NCBI GenBank assembly: GCA_905178155.1
Contig: CAJINV010000003.1
Coordinates: 4,623,863-4,687,862, forward strand
Origin: Amoebophrya sp. A120
Lineage: Eukaryota > Protista > Dinoflagellata
Reading direction: 5' to 3'
DNA length: 64,000 nt
Under the pieces are notes generated by a model. That model was not told the DNA's origin, did no database searches, and was given only the letters and a program-made list of their open reading frames with translations. A program made the translations under genes and the position numbers. Positions 34,976 through 48,930 of this stretch are shown here, piece after piece (position 1 is the stretch's first letter; each line of letters starts with the position of its first letter).

Positions 34976-37900
34976 ATGGCGGACAATATTAAGGTGTGCA
35001 TCCGGTGTCGGCCGTTCAACAAGCGCGAGCTGGAGCTGCAGTCGGAGAAATGCGTGGAGATGCCGATATCGACGCAGATTTGCGTGTTCGACCCCACTGA
35101 GGAGGGGGGCAACCGCAACGAGTTCGCGTACGACCGCTGCTTTTGGTCCACCGACGACACCAGCTTCGAGAAGGCCGACCAGCAGACGCTCCAGGACGAA
35201 GTCGGGCAGGAGCTGCTGGAGAACGCGATCAAGGGGTACAACGACACGCTGTTCGCCTACGGGCAGACGGGCAGCGGGAAGACCTGGTCCGTGATCGGCG
35301 GTTCCGACATCCACGGCGCCGACGCGGGGCTGCTGCCCCGGTTGATCACCAACCTGTACGTGAAACTGCGGGAGAGCAGCGAGTGGCAGTTCACGGTCAC
35401 GGTGTCTTACCTGGAGATCTACAACGAGCAACTCCGCGACCTCTTCGCCCCCAAGTCGGGCAGCGGCGGGCCGGGAGCCGGGGATCAAACCCGCGACAGC
35501 GGGGCGAACAAGCGCGCATCGACCAGCAGTGGTGCGAATTCGCAGAATCTGGAGATCAAGGTGCACCCCACGCTGGGGATTTTCGTGCCGGGGATGACGG
35601 AAGCGGTCTGCATGTCCGAAGACGAGGTGATGAAGATGCTGGATTTTGGCTTCAACCAGCGCGCCGTGGCCGAGACCAGCATGAACCCGCGGTCCTCCCG
35701 GAGTCACACGATCTTCACGATCAGCGTGGTTTTGTACCAGGGGACGCTGGAGAAGCCGACCAAGCAGCTGAACTCGAAGATCAACATGGTCGACCTGGCG
35801 GGGTCGGAGCGGCAGAAGAAGACCAACGCGGAGGGCGACCACTTGAAGGAGGGCGCGGCCATCAACCAGAGTCTGTCGAACCTGTCGCTCGTGATCCACG
35901 CCCTGGCGGCCCAGTGCAGTGGGAAGTCGAAGAAGAAGGAGCACGTGCCCTACCGAAATTCGAAGCTGACGCACTTTCTGCAGCCCGCGCTGAGCGGGAA
36001 CTCCAAAACGGTCATGATCGCGGCCGTGTCGCCCGCCCTGAACAACATCCAGGAAACGCTGTCCACGCTGCGGTTCGCCAACAGCGCCAAGGAGATCAAA
36101 ACCAAGCCGACCACGAACGAACAGAGCAACCAGTCGGTCATGGACCAGTTGAAGGATCAAATCAAGGAACTCCAGAAGCAGCTGGCCGCGGGCGGCGGCA
36201 CCGCAGGACCCGCTCAGCTCGACCCAAACATACTCAAAGAAATCCAAGAGCTCAAGGAACTCAAAGACAAGTTTGGAGGTGAACTACAACTTTACATTTT
36301 TTTGTTGACTACAGAATGATTGGAAAGTACTGAAGTACAACACTCTGCATTCAAAAATTTTCCGCTGTGTGGTCTAGTCCCTGGGTGAACAAAGTTTTCT
36401 GCATGAATAGACTCTTCAAGAAGTAGATTGATTGAATCTGTGTGTTTCAAGCATAGAAAACCACGAAATAATTAACAACAGAATCGTTCGAGGAGAAGCT
36501 AGCGCAGGGTGAGATGACGCGCGCCTTGCACGACGATCATATGGACGCTATGGGATTGATGCCTCCAGTATCAAATGTAAAAGTGTCTGGGTCTGGAAGA
36601 ATGCAACTTGTGATGCTGAATTTGGATTCCAAAAAAATCTGTATTGCATGAGCAGCAAAGGGAGTGTAATTTTTGCTACGCGGAGAGGGCATTTGTCATG
36701 CGGAAAAAGCATCGCGAAGCCCTCAAAAAATCTGTGATGCTAAGGCATGCATCACAGACATCATGGCCTATGCAAAACGTGCATGACAAGTCTCAGAAAT
36801 TTCCAGACCCAGACATTTTTACATTTGATATCCAGATGACCCGGATGCGCCATGCTTGCTGAGTATCAGTGCCGACGCCGCTCTCTCCGGAAAAATGTGC
36901 TTCTACGTCACCAAGAAGAAGGAGGTATTTATTTGTCTTTTCTGCCCTGCGTAAGCGTAATATCTGAAGGAGGCTACAGCAAACGGATAAAAAGTGTCCA
37001 TGGACTTAACAACTTTTTCTCGGAAGTTGTAGAGAAGAACTCACGTTTTCGTTTACGAATTTTTGAGGTCAGAGCTTCTACGCATCAGATGACTTTTCTA
37101 TACGCACAACTTCTGACAGCTGGTCCTGGGCTCCGGGTCCGACGTTGACGTCCGTCTCGCCGGTCTGGGAATCACGGAGAAGATGTGCGGTTTGAGGCAC
37201 TTGAATGACGAGGCGCTGCAGATCAATCTGTTCCTCGACGCGGAGAAGAAGCTCCCGGAGGTGTACCGAAACGGCATGCGGCTCGCTCCCACGGACAAGG
37301 TGCTGAATCACAACGACCGGCTTTTCTTCGGGAAGGCGTTCGCGTTTCGGGTGCTGATTCCCGCCGTCGCGCGCACCGAGGAGAAGCGGGAGGAGGTGCT
37401 GGATAAGGAATTCGATGACCTTGTGGGGGAACTGATGGACACCCAGTCCGAGAACTTCCACCAGACCCGCGAGTTTATGGAAACCATCGGCGAGCATGTG
37501 GGGCAGCAGAATGCCGAGCGGTTCCTGAAGCAGTTCGCGCAGTGCCTGCCCCTCGTCAACGAAGCGAACCAGATCGCGAAGGAGGTGCGGCCCCAGGATC
37601 GCTTGCTCATGCGCTTGGATGTCCTCATCGATCCGATGCAGTTCCGAAACGCCCCACCGGCGCTCTGCGTTCGCCTCTACAAACTGGCGCCACCGGAAGA
37701 CGGGCCCGTCGACAATGAGGGTATACTTGTTCAGCACTTTTCTTTGGAAAAAATTCATCTGGTTTTTGTTTTATCTGGGATGGTAATTCGTTTTATCATC
37801 TTGCATGGTAATTCGGATCATAATTCCGAGATTCATTCGCATGACACTCCTCTGGTCGTACCATTGGCGATGAAAAGCAGAAACCATGCTCTGCGTTAAA

Positions 37901-38562
37901 GTTTTTCGTACTTCGGTTCGAGTTTGATGTTGCTTTGTGCTACCTGCGTTCATCCTCCGACAAGAAATACAATGGCGACTCCTCGCGGCACAAACTTTTT
38001 CGATGTGCCTAAAATGCAAATCACTTCAGATTTGAAGCGGGAGTACGTGGTTAACACAACGGCGGCCATTGCGGAGGACCTGGAGGACATTTTCGTGGAC
38101 GGCGTGGTGGACGGGCGGGCGGTGGTGGAACTCGCCGTGTTTTCGTGGACCAATTTCCTCACCCGCTTGCACGGCATGCGGGAGACCTTCGACGACTGGC
38201 ACCACGGAAAGTTACACAACTGGGACCTGGAGCCGGATCCCTGGTCCGAGGTGTCCTACCTGGACCACCACGAGCACCATGTGGAGAAGTCCTACCACAA
38301 GTCGGCCGCGGCCGAGAAGGACGTGCACCTGGACGTGGCCCTGGAGAACCTGCAGAACACAAACAACCTGAGAAACGCCTCCGGGGCGCTCCTTCCAAAC
38401 GCGGGGTTGAACTCAAAGATCGGGGAGCTGGATATCGAGGCCGTTGCGGCCATGAGCCACGAGGACCGACAAAAGCACGCGCAGACCCTGTTTCGTCGGT
38501 TGCGGGAGTCGCTCACGGTGTTGCGACGAGAGTTGGAAATCGACACCACACATAATCGGTAA
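34976..38562 (+). CDS. Kinesin-3 family motor (motor domain plus FHA), 5 exons; may continue 3'
   Basis: FAYGQTGSGKT, MNPRSSRSH, VDLAGSER, HVPYRNSKLT; pre-FHA PCLLSISADAALSG; LNHNDRLFFG; GT-AG introns 36279-36481, 36925-37119, 37721-38029. Confidence 0.93.
36569..36835 (-). mobile_element. Introner family A copy 2, inverted relative to copy 1 (element 36569-36830 plus TSD tccag)
   Basis: Same TIR; interior is the reverse complement of 25850-26111; removal gives GLMPP-D-DPDAPCLL in frame. Confidence 0.93.
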
Positions 38563-39494
38563 GCGGTTATTTCGTACGCGTGACAGTGGCGTCGTCATAC
38601 ACCACACATCACGCATTTTTTTACACGAGTACTTTGTTTTCAAGGACAATCGTTTATTGTCTAGTTGTAGACCTTGCGTTTCATTCCACGTGCACATTAT
38701 TAAGGAAGTAGTTGAAGTTCGTACTATCTTTTTCGTAAAACAGTAACAGTGCGCCTGTACTACATAGACATGAGAATAGGAAGCATGCCTGGCACTATAT
38801 CCTGGACCTAGTTGTAATTCGAATTCCGCTTTGTGTCATCTGACCGCGAAAAAACTTGTGTGGTCACGAACTCTTCCGCTTTTTGTGAACATGAACATGA
38901 ACTCATTTATTCGTTGCGCGCCACGATTATGGTCGCTATTCTGGTGTTGTGTTACGACCTTTGTGCGTGAAACACAAGATGTTCGACGGGAGTCAATGTG
39001 TATCAAGCAGGTTGTACATATGATCGTTGTGCTGCCTCGGAGGCGAGGCCGTTCGTCATGGAGAAGCAAATGGTTCCCTGCCCTTCGTATTGTCGCACTG
39101 AAGTAGATGAAATACAATCGGTGTTGTCGTCGTAATCCAATGTTTATCCATCTTCCAGAGCCATGGATCAATGAATCGTGGGCCAATCGTAATCGTGAAG
39201 GATTTTCTTAGTAGAAGAAAAGGTTCACCTGTCGCTGTCATCATCGTCGGGAAAACGCTCCGTCGTGGCCTGAAGTACAAAAAGGACTGAAAGTGAAAAA
39301 GTAGTCTACAGCAGGAAAATAATGCTGTCGTGCTATCTAAAACTAAGGTTAAAACCACTCTAGTGGCGCATGCCGCAAAACACTACCAAACTTCAAATTT
39401 GTTGCAGCTTCGTGAAAACTTTCCAAATGTGTTTTTTGATGAAATCCGTTCCTTTGCTTTGATTTTCTGTTCTGGACAGCGACGGACAGAGTGA

Positions 39495-42400
39495 ATGTTT
39501 CATCTGCGTCCCATGGATGTGGGCTCGTTCCTCGAGGGAGTGGAGGAAACCGACGAGGAAGATGCAGTTTCTGTAGAGCCGGGGCTGTCGCTGTCGCAAG
39601 ACCCGGCTGTGCAAGGAGCCAAGCAATACCTGCAAGCCGGTAGCCGAACGTTGCGCGTTTCCGAACCGGCTTCAGGACAACAAGCCTCAAAGCGCGCCGC
39701 GGAGAAGCGGACTAGTGGGCTGCAATCTGAAGAACGCTGTCAGGACGCTTCTGTGCCATCATCAAGCCGACCTACCGACTCCACCACGAAAAGCCGCTTT
39801 TCAGACGGCGTCATGAAAGAAGCTCCTGCGAGCATGCAGCGCTCGACCTCACCCGTGTTCGTCTCTCGCCCGCCTGCTTTTTCGCCTGTAGAGACAAGCG
39901 CCGCAGTAGAAGAGACAAGGGACAATAAAAGCCCACAAGGGGCTTCGGTTAATGTTCGTGCGCAGTCTCCAAAGCCCTTCCGAGTCGTGAGCACAACCCG
40001 CGCGTCCAAGCTGCTTAACCGCTCGCCAGACAAATCGCTGACAACCGGGCAAATTCATGTGATTGCGGCCGGTCTTCAGAGCATCGGCGAGCGCGAGCAC
40101 GGATCGGAACAACATCTTCCGGGGGAACAGGCAGCATTCTCGCCCGGTGAGGTTTTTCCCGGCTCCGGCACGGAGGACGCTCTGTCCTCGCAAAGACACG
40201 GTGCTAGCAAGGAGGTGTCAGCACCGTCCCCCTCCTCGTCCTCCTCGTCAAAAACAGGAATGTCTCGATTACTCGCCAGTCGTACGCTGCTCCAGAAACT
40301 GGAGCCGGGCAGTCTTTCGGTTGCGCAGGAGAAGCTACGGCAGATCAGTTCGCCCACCGGCTCCTGCAGTACTCCCGCGGGCGATGTGATGATCTCGAGC
40401 AGTACTCACCTGTTAGACAATAAACCAAGGACACCTCCTGCTGCTCTCGACGGGGATGGTTTCGTTGTGAGCGAGACGCTTTTGTGGACCACAAGCAGAG
40501 GCAGCGACACCAAGGGCAGAAAGAACAACGAAGCAGAGCTGGAGCAGCTGCAGAGCACGCCTTTGGCTTCCGGGTCTGAGCGGGAGGAGGGAGCAGCAGC
40601 AGATCGGGGCTTGGCCACTGCCTACGCAGAAGCTGAAGTGGAAGAAGTAGAACTAGAAGACCCGAGAAACTATGCCTCGGAAGCGACTCTGGTAGCAGCC
40701 ATTGATCGCGTGGCTCGCTTCAGCGGGAAGGCCAAGCGCGCAGCTCTCTTTTCTGCCGAAGAAGAACAGGCGTATCGCGACACTGTGCTCCAAGCGAGTG
40801 GCGTGCCGGTTCGGAAGCAGAGAACTCGTATGTCCACGTTGCTAAAGAAAAAGCCCTCGGATGCTTCACCTGCTGGCGCTTTATCCCACGGTTGTAGTAC
40901 GGGGCAGACGACGAGTACGACTTTCATCGCTATTCCGAAGATTGCGGGTTTGGAGGAGGAGCGAGTGCTGGCAGCCGGTCCGCTCAGCGTCGTCGGTAGA
41001 ACAAACAGGGGCGCGCTGCAGGCGGAGGGCAATTATACCGGCTCACCTGCACGCTTGGAGAGCAGCCGAATTCCCATCGAGAAGTGGAGTAGCCGCTCGC
41101 CGCACAGCAAAGTGTCACTCTCCCGCCAGATTCGCGCGCGCGCTTTTCTTTTTTCGGAGGACGATGACGACACTGTTTCCTCGCGGGGCAGCAAGGGGTC
41201 GAGTCAGGGTGGTTTAGCTGGGCCGCCCGCACCAGACCCGGGCATGCGTTTCGTGATTTCCCCACCGGACAGCGGGAGTGCAAGAAATAGTCACTTTGAA
41301 TTCCCATCCGCTAGAAGCGTGCAGCAAATTGCTCCAGCTTTTTCCAACGGAAAAAACAAAATCCAAGAAAGTTTTGAGCAGCTACCGTTCGGTTTTGCAG
41401 CGAGCCGACGAAGGCAAGACAACGCTTCGGCCTCGTCCGGGAGCGCGGAGACGGCCAGTGGATACACGCGACGCAGCCTAAAGGACCGCAAGCCTCCGGC
41501 CTTCACGGCCGCGTTTTATCCAAGTACTCCGGAGGCGGGCGTAGGATTAGGAGACCATGCTGCAGGGTCAAGTGAGAGTTCGCAGGCCGAAGCGTCCACG
41601 GAAACAACTTCTGCTGTGGTTCTCGAAGATGGAGCAAGCGCGGGCCCCTTTCTAGTAGAAACTCTTCATAAGGCGACGAGCATGCGGGCGTCGCATAAAA
41701 ACAACGTAGTCGCCGTACCGGGTGGAAGCGAAAAGAAGCTGGACATGCGCGATTTCTGCCAACGACTACTGGAAGCACCGTCGCAGGCACTTTTTACTCA
41801 TGGCGAGAAAGGTACAGATAATCATGTCGCTGAAGATGTTCATGTTGCAGCGGAGCGCATAACCAGCAGAAATCAGAGCAAAGACAGCCAGCGTGCGGAG
41901 CCGATTTCGCCAAGTGCTAGTCATCGCGCGATTGCAATTGCAAAAGCACTTGGACCACGCGTCACCATTGTACAAGAAAAAATAGCTGCCAAGACCGAGG
42001 TACGTACTTTGCTTTTTTGTACTATCGCAAACATAGTAGCTGAGTTCTGAACTACATTTGTTGCTTCTTTTTGGCGACATTTATTAATTGCAAACCGATT
42101 CAATCGACGTCGAGCAGCAATAGATGCAAAGCTGGACTTGATGTGCAATAGCGATTGAACGTGATGAACTCGTAGGAACCATCAAAGCCGGGCGCTGGCG
42201 AGGAAGTTGAAAACGCACGACCCGATGCGGCAGCCGCCGTGATTCCGCAGCTCGGCGCAGGCACGCCGGAAAATGCTGCGATTCGAGAGTCGCGTTTTCT
42301 TATCTCAGCGAAGCTGCGCAACAAGTGTGGAAATGCCGTGGAGGCTATGCGAGAAATTGTGGCTGCGGGTGATGAAACATCAGCAGTGCGGGCGAACAAA

Positions 42401-44599
42401 GGCCTGCTGAAGCAGAAGATCCTTGCCAGCTCTAGATCTGATGCGGCAAACGCAACGACGTCCCGTGTTGACTTCGAACTCGCGCAACTCGGGCATGCCC
42501 AGCGGGTTACAAATCACAATCTGTTTCCGAAAGGTGAAACCACGGAGGCGCTGTCCGACGAACCGCACGAGCAGGACGTCGAAGGAAACGACGATGCAGA
42601 AGAAACCTTCCGTGGCACCTCTTTGAAAGCTTTGGTGCACCGAACCTCGGAGGCCAGCCCAAAGCGTCGCAGCGCCGAATCGTGCGGCGATCGGGCGGCG
42701 GCTATCCCCAAGCTTCACGCCGAAGATGGCGACAGGCCTCCGCGAGACGGCGGGAGCAGCGAAAACGCAAACGCGCCCCACCCTGGGTTGTGGTCGACAC
42801 GCATTCAGGATTTCCCGAGGCAAGCCGAGGCAATTTTTCGGAAACGGCGGAGCAACGCCATGGTGAAGGACTCACACGGCGGTGAGAACCCTTTGGAGCT
42901 GACGTTACCGGGGATGCACATGCCTCCGCCCGAGCCGGCGGTTCCCGACCTGCCTCTGCAAGGCGGATGTGGGATCGCGAACTGGAACTCTCTGCTCGCT
43001 AACCGAGGACCTGTATTGTGATTTACGTGAACCATGAAATGTCTGTGTACTGTCTTCCTCTTTCTTTGCGGTTCTTTCATCTATTCATTGCATGAGAACA
43101 ACATAGAAAGCGGTCTCTCAAATGGATGTGCAGGTATCACTCGAAGAGCCGGGCGTGGCCGCGCACCCTCGGGAGGAGTTGGAGGCGCGACCGTCGCAGG
43201 TGCAGGCACCGAACATTGCGCAGGTGTCCGAAATGCGGCCCAATGTTGTGGACGACAAAGTTGCGCGCGCGATGATGCGGGTTCGAAAGGGGCGGCTCCC
43301 GGAATCGTTCTTCGAGTCCAACTATCAAATGTAAAAATGTCTGGGTCTGGAAACTTGTGATGCTGAGTGGCGTAGCATGAGGGGGCCACAAGTGCTGGCT
43401 CAGCATGACAAATTTCTGAGCTTGTAGGTGTTGCCTGTTCTGCATGACAAACTGCGTCTCCGCATGACAGAAAAATGCGGCTCTTGGGCAACGTGCAGGA
43501 CAGATTTTAGAGTCATGCCAGACAAGCATGACAAACATGCATTCTTCCAGACCCAGACATTTTTACATTTGATACCAACCGATTGCGCAATCGAGTCTCG
43601 CACGAGCAGCTGGTAGAAGCGCACGATCGTTCAGCAGCCGGGGAGCACTTTTCTGCCGCGAGCGACAACATGGGAGGAAAAGTAGACATTGCCCCAACGC
43701 AAGCGTTGCATTCCATTTCGAGTGACAGTCCCTTGGCCCGATTGCGCGGCGGAACGAGGTCGAACAAATCGTCGCCCCGGAGGCAGCAAGAGAGCCCTAG
43801 TACTCTCGGAATCGGATTCCGATTCGCGACGAACACATCGCCCGGCCGCCCCGAGGAACCTGTCCCACCTCGGGTGCAGCAGGCTGACGAAGAAAATGCG
43901 GCGGAAGTAGTAAATCGCTCCAACGTCACCCGGCCGGTTTTTGCAGCCTTCTCCACGACCTCCCCGTCCGCAAATGCTGCAGCGGTTGGACAGGGTCTTC
44001 AGCGGGTTTCGCTAAGTGCGCGGAAACGCTCCGGACAAACACCGACCAGTCCCAGGTCGCGATACGTGTTTCATTACGACTCCCCCTCGGACATGCACAG
44101 CTCGGTGCGGAATGAGAAAGCAGCGGGAGTTGCAGCAACCGCAAGCGTGAGCGATAGCAGAACGGTGTCGCATTCTAGGCGGCCAGCCAGCAAAGAAGTA
44201 TAACAATGGTTTTTAAGGATGGTGTCTCTTGTTCCGTGCGCTCACAAAAAATTAAAATATGGGTAAACATGATTTAGACCACGACACTGATTTACTGATT
44301 TTGTTGCACAGAACTACGCCGCCGAGCTGTCCGAAGTGCCTTTGAGTGAGATTGAGTCGGAGCTCGACCGTATGCGAAGCAACCTTGAGGAGTCCATCCG
44401 CCGGTCACCACCGCGGTCGACGCGTCGTGTGGTCGATGTACAGCAGGAGGAATTACGGCGGGCAATTCAGATTGCGGTAAAAAAAGACGAACTGGACCTG
44501 TTGCTGCAAAACTTTGCGAAAAACAAGGAGGTATTCGAGAAGGTTTGCGAGCTCGTCGCGCACGAATTGGCCGACGGAGGAAATAAACCGTCGACGTAA
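39495..44599 (+). CDS. Large Ser/Ala/Pro-rich, probably disordered hypothetical protein, 5 exons
   Basis: ORFs joined in frame by GT-AG introns 42000-42175, 43013-43106, 44198-44311 and introner 43323-43579. Confidence 0.7.
43323..43579 (+). mobile_element. Introner family A-type copy 3 (element 43323-43574 plus TSD ccaac)
   Basis: Perfect 30-bp TIR tatcaaatgtaaaaatgtctgggtctggaa; more divergent interior; removal gives FFESN|RLRNR in frame. Confidence 0.92.
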
Positions 44600-45579
44600 G
44601 TAGAATCCTCCATAAGAAATGGTGGTCCCGCTCCCATAAACTCTATGTAGTTCTTTACATTCGTTCCAGCTACAGTGATCTACAAAGACTTCACTTTTAT
44701 TTTCATTTTACATCGCAACATAAGAAATTGAAATGGTGTTTGATTGCAACATGACCTCACAAAGAAAAACGAAGACCCTTCACACATGAGTGTGCGACGT
44801 TGTTTTCTTCGGCACAGATTGATAGGAAGTATCCATTGTAATTTCACATTCGTGCTGTATGCATTTGACTTTAGCTTTACTGGTCAGTGTGCCATGTAAG
44901 TTAGTACAGTATTCTGTATAATGTTTATGATTGGTTTTTGTGTAGTGAATAAGAAATTACTTTCATCATGTCGCGAACAAATCGAAAAGAGAGCATTTGG
45001 TGCGGATATTGAGACAGGCGGGAGCTGTCGACGCAAGTGCGCGTGCAGTCGAACGAGAACATTGTCGTGTTCTATTCTTGCACGGAAAGTTCTTCACGTT
45101 CACGCCTCCTCAACTAAACTATCTGGTAGGTACGTACTCTCTCAAGTGACATGAGATCCGGATCCTGAGTCCTCTGTACTCTTGTGCAGAAGAACGTCGA
45201 TCTTCGATTTATATCGTTTTTTTTTTCGGCCGTCCTCGTTTGCATTTGTTTCGTCATTTTTGTCACGAGTGGTGCTGCTGTGTGTGAAAGAAAGATCGAC
45301 ATCGCTGAAAAGATCGTGGATCTGGATATGACAGGAGGTTTTCGCAGTCGCATGGATGTTTTTTTCATTCGTTTTGGTTTTCGCAGGTCGTCGTCGTCTT
45401 ATTTTCGGACTCGTAGTCGTGGCAATAGCTGCGGCTTGAAACATGCATTCAAACTTGTGTATATGTATTCACAAGAGATCAATTACTGTCACAATTTTTC
45501 TCTAAGACGCAGCTTTTTCTTTCGCGATTCGTCTGCGTAGATCGTCGCATAGTTGTGTGACCGGAACAAGCGCTTGAAG

Positions 45580-48147
45580 ATGATTGGCGTGAACAATTCG
45601 AAGAAGCCGGAACCTCCGGAGGAGGTGCGTATCGACGGGAAGCGTATGACAGAAAAGCGCAAGGAGAAACTTCTGGCAATCCAAAAGCGGGAACAGATGA
45701 AGGATGTGTTGATCGAACGGTTCAAAGAAAGGTAAGTATGTAGGTATGTACTTATCAGCACAAAAATAAAACACTCCAGGCTGAAAATTTCCAGTATCTG
45801 CTGAAATGCACGAGATCGACCGTTCTGGAGGAATCACATGTGGTTCAAATATGAAATGCTTCGAAAAGAATCGGATTAATGAAGTTGAGCCTCAGCTTGA
45901 ACTTGAGCCATATTGAAATGACAGGGTGAATGGTGGTGCTGAGCTGACGGAAGCGGAAAAGAAGCAGAATGAACAAGTGGTTCGCTCCGAGGTCGAGGCC
46001 TTTATGGATGGCGCTTCCATTACGGAAAACAACCTGAAGCGGTTGGATAAGAAAATTCGCACCAAAACTTCGGGTATAGAAAGCACTGTTGCATACTCGT
46101 GCATCCTTTTGGCCTGTGATAAACATGAACTTGAACCGACGTCAGATTTATTTTGCTGCTTAAATGACGGAAAGACAAAGATGAAGATCATCATCATGCT
46201 CTGTCTGCCAACGCTTGTGACCGACTTTTCGGTATTAAGGTACCAGCGGCAGCGCACTGGAGGCGGAGAAGTATTCCATCGTGAGTGGAACGAAAAGTGG
46301 GTCGAAGTTGTCCGCATCAAATGTCTCGGCCGCCGGAGCCGGTGGCGCGGAGAAAGAATCCTCTGTGTAAGAACGTGATTGTTTTTCTTTCACTTTTACG
46401 GTTACTGAGGGTTTTTCATAAAAAATTACGATTACCCATTTTTTCCAATTTCGACACACACATTCCTCTTGATTGCCCATCCGACGCTGACCACATCTGC
46501 TCTGCAGGGTGGCGGACTGGCGTGTGTTGGACGAATTTGCGTTGTTCAAGGAGGAGCAGTCCGTAGTGGCGCAGCGCGTCCGGAAGGTGGAGAGCGGCAA
46601 AAAGGTCCGATCCGCGCTGGGAAAGCAAGTGGCGGAACAAAAAGGTCTAAAAAACGCTGACAAAGCCGCGGATCGTCGTTGGTACGCCCTCGCCCTGGAG
46701 GACGTCGAGCGTTACGAGAAGGAGGAAGCGGCTAAGGCCGATGAGGTATAGTACTTCTGATTGACCGGTCTCATCCCGACGAGGACTCTTGCAGATGAAG
46801 AAACTTCAACCGAAAGTGACGTACTTTTTCCACTGAGACAGAGAACAAAGCTCCTGTCAGTTTTTTTTTTTTTTTTTGTATCTATAAACAACCCAAGAAT
46901 GCCAATGCGGACTTCGATAATAACTACAGTTGCATCGGCGTGGACAACTCGAGAAGCAGCTGCGAGACGAGCAACTGGATAACGAGGAGAAGGCGCGCGC
47001 GGAAGCCAAGCGGGTAGACGGCGTCCTGGACCGGTTGACGAAGCAACGGTGCAAGGAAGAGATCGAGGCTGAGGAGCGAAAGGCAAACAAAATCCGGCAG
47101 GAACAACGGGACTACATGGCCAGGGTCCAAGCCGAAAACGTGATCGATCAGCAGCGGCGAGCAGAGGAAAAATTGCGCTTGCTCGGTAGTGATTTGTTCT
47201 CGGCGAAGATCTTGATAGATACAGCACTCTAGTCGCAAAACATCTTGTTGCTCCTTTGGACCACTGATTTTTGAGACCTGCTCCGCAGGAAAATCTTTTC
47301 GTTCGAGTTTCGTGTAGTGGTCCAGTCCAATGTTGTTCATTCGAATTTTTACAAGAGGAAAAAAACGGAACTCAGAGCAAGATCGGCTGCTGATGAAGCA
47401 AAGCAACGAGAGGCAGGACGAGGAGGAGCGCCGGCGACAGGCCGAGAAAGACGCCCGGGTTGCGCGGAACGAGGCGAGCGCTGCGCGCATGGCAAGTACC
47501 GTGATGGCGGTTCAGGACGCCGCCTTGGCAGCAGCGGAGGCCCGGGCAGAGGAGGAAAACCGACGGACCAACGAACGCGCGGCGAAAGCCGAGAATGATA
47601 AAGCAGCGTACCTGCAGCGTCTGCGCGTCGAAACCAAGGATTACCATCTGAAACAAATGGCCGACAAACGCGAAGTCCAACGACAGGAGCGCGAGGAAGC
47701 CCGGCTTATGGTGCTTGTTTTCGACTCTTGATCTTCAATAATCATACTAGCGGCTAGTATTTTTGACCCAATCGTAGTCTACAAATACAAGCAATTGCAA
47801 AGCATGATATAGTAATGTATCACCCCGTCCGCTAACTTCAGCTCGAACGCAGCATCCAGGGGGACAACGAGCACGCAGCGTCTGAGCGCTTGAAGATGCG
47901 GGAGTTGCGGAAGCGGGAGCTGGGAAACCAGGCCGAGCTGTCGCGAATGATGCACGAGAAGGGCGAGCGTTTGCGGGAGGTGGAGATGAGCGAGACCGAA
48001 AAGAAGATGAATCGCGAGCTGATGAAGCAGGTGAACAAACAGCTGAAGGACGCCGGTCGCAAGCCCGTATCCATCCGGAGCCCACCGAAAAAGGAAGTCG
48101 ATCCGGAAGTTGCGATTCGCTTCGGGCTCAAAGTGCCAGACATCTAA
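45580..48147 (+). CDS. Charged coiled-coil protein (trichohyalin-plectin-homology-like, probably flagellar), about 7 exons
   Basis: E/K/R/Q-rich exons linked by GT-AG introns starting at about 45732, 46074, 46366, 46747, 47187, 47711. Confidence 0.65.
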
Positions 48148-48930
48148 CAAGCCGCGTCATTTGTTTGTTTCGAGTCTCTAAATTTTGTACAAATCCAATT
48201 TGACGAGGTGAAATAAGCAAAAAATACCATTGGCTTCCTGTACAAAGAAAATCTACTTTTGAAGATGAATTTGCTTGTGAGCGGCTATGTTTGTTGTACA
48301 TTGAGCTTCACGAAGATTCGAAGTAGACTGCACGTGGAAAAACTGAAAAACTATCACCGTGATATAATGAATTTACCAATACAGTAGGTTTGAAGTTGAA
48401 CAGCAAAACTGTAAAATCAAAACTCCGATGAAAAACTTGTTTTTGGAATTATGCTGCGTATCTGTGCCTGAAAAAATGTAACAAATTGCTACAATTGTGG
48501 GTAGTGCTCGGACATTCTTGTATTAACCGTGCTGCTGGACCAGCTAATCCTCTTGTAAATTACATCTTCGCTGTGGAATTCAACCTTTTTGCGTGCGCTA
48601 ATCTTCCAAAAAAAGGACCGACGTGTATGATTGCAGTATCTCTAAATAACAAAGACCGAACAAATCCGACGACGATACCCTTTTCCGTGAATCTTCCGTC
48701 CTCAACTACACTCTTGCCCCACCGATTGAGTAAGTACCTCTGCGGAACGTATTAGTGAATATGTGACGCAAGAATCGAAAACCGGCAACGTGGCTGTGGT
48801 ATTACGGAAAAGAATTGCTTCTCGCGGGGCTGCGCAGCGGCCTCAGCGAATAGAACTGGTTTCGTGCTGATGAGGCAGCTTCGTCAATGCTACAAGTTGG
48901 CAGGTTATGTCGCCACAGTGTGTCGATCAA

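Noticed and set aside
34928-36282. 439-aa minus-strand and 379-aa alternate-frame ORFs over the kinesin
   Set aside because: Shadow ORFs caused by high GC3; the same applies to 53428-54780 and 2627-3364
36644-36862. Similar short ORFs (MHEQQ...PDPDIFTFD) in introner copies as an element-encoded protein
   Set aside because: Non-ATG starts, they run out through the TIR and have no transposase motif; similarity only reflects DNA homology
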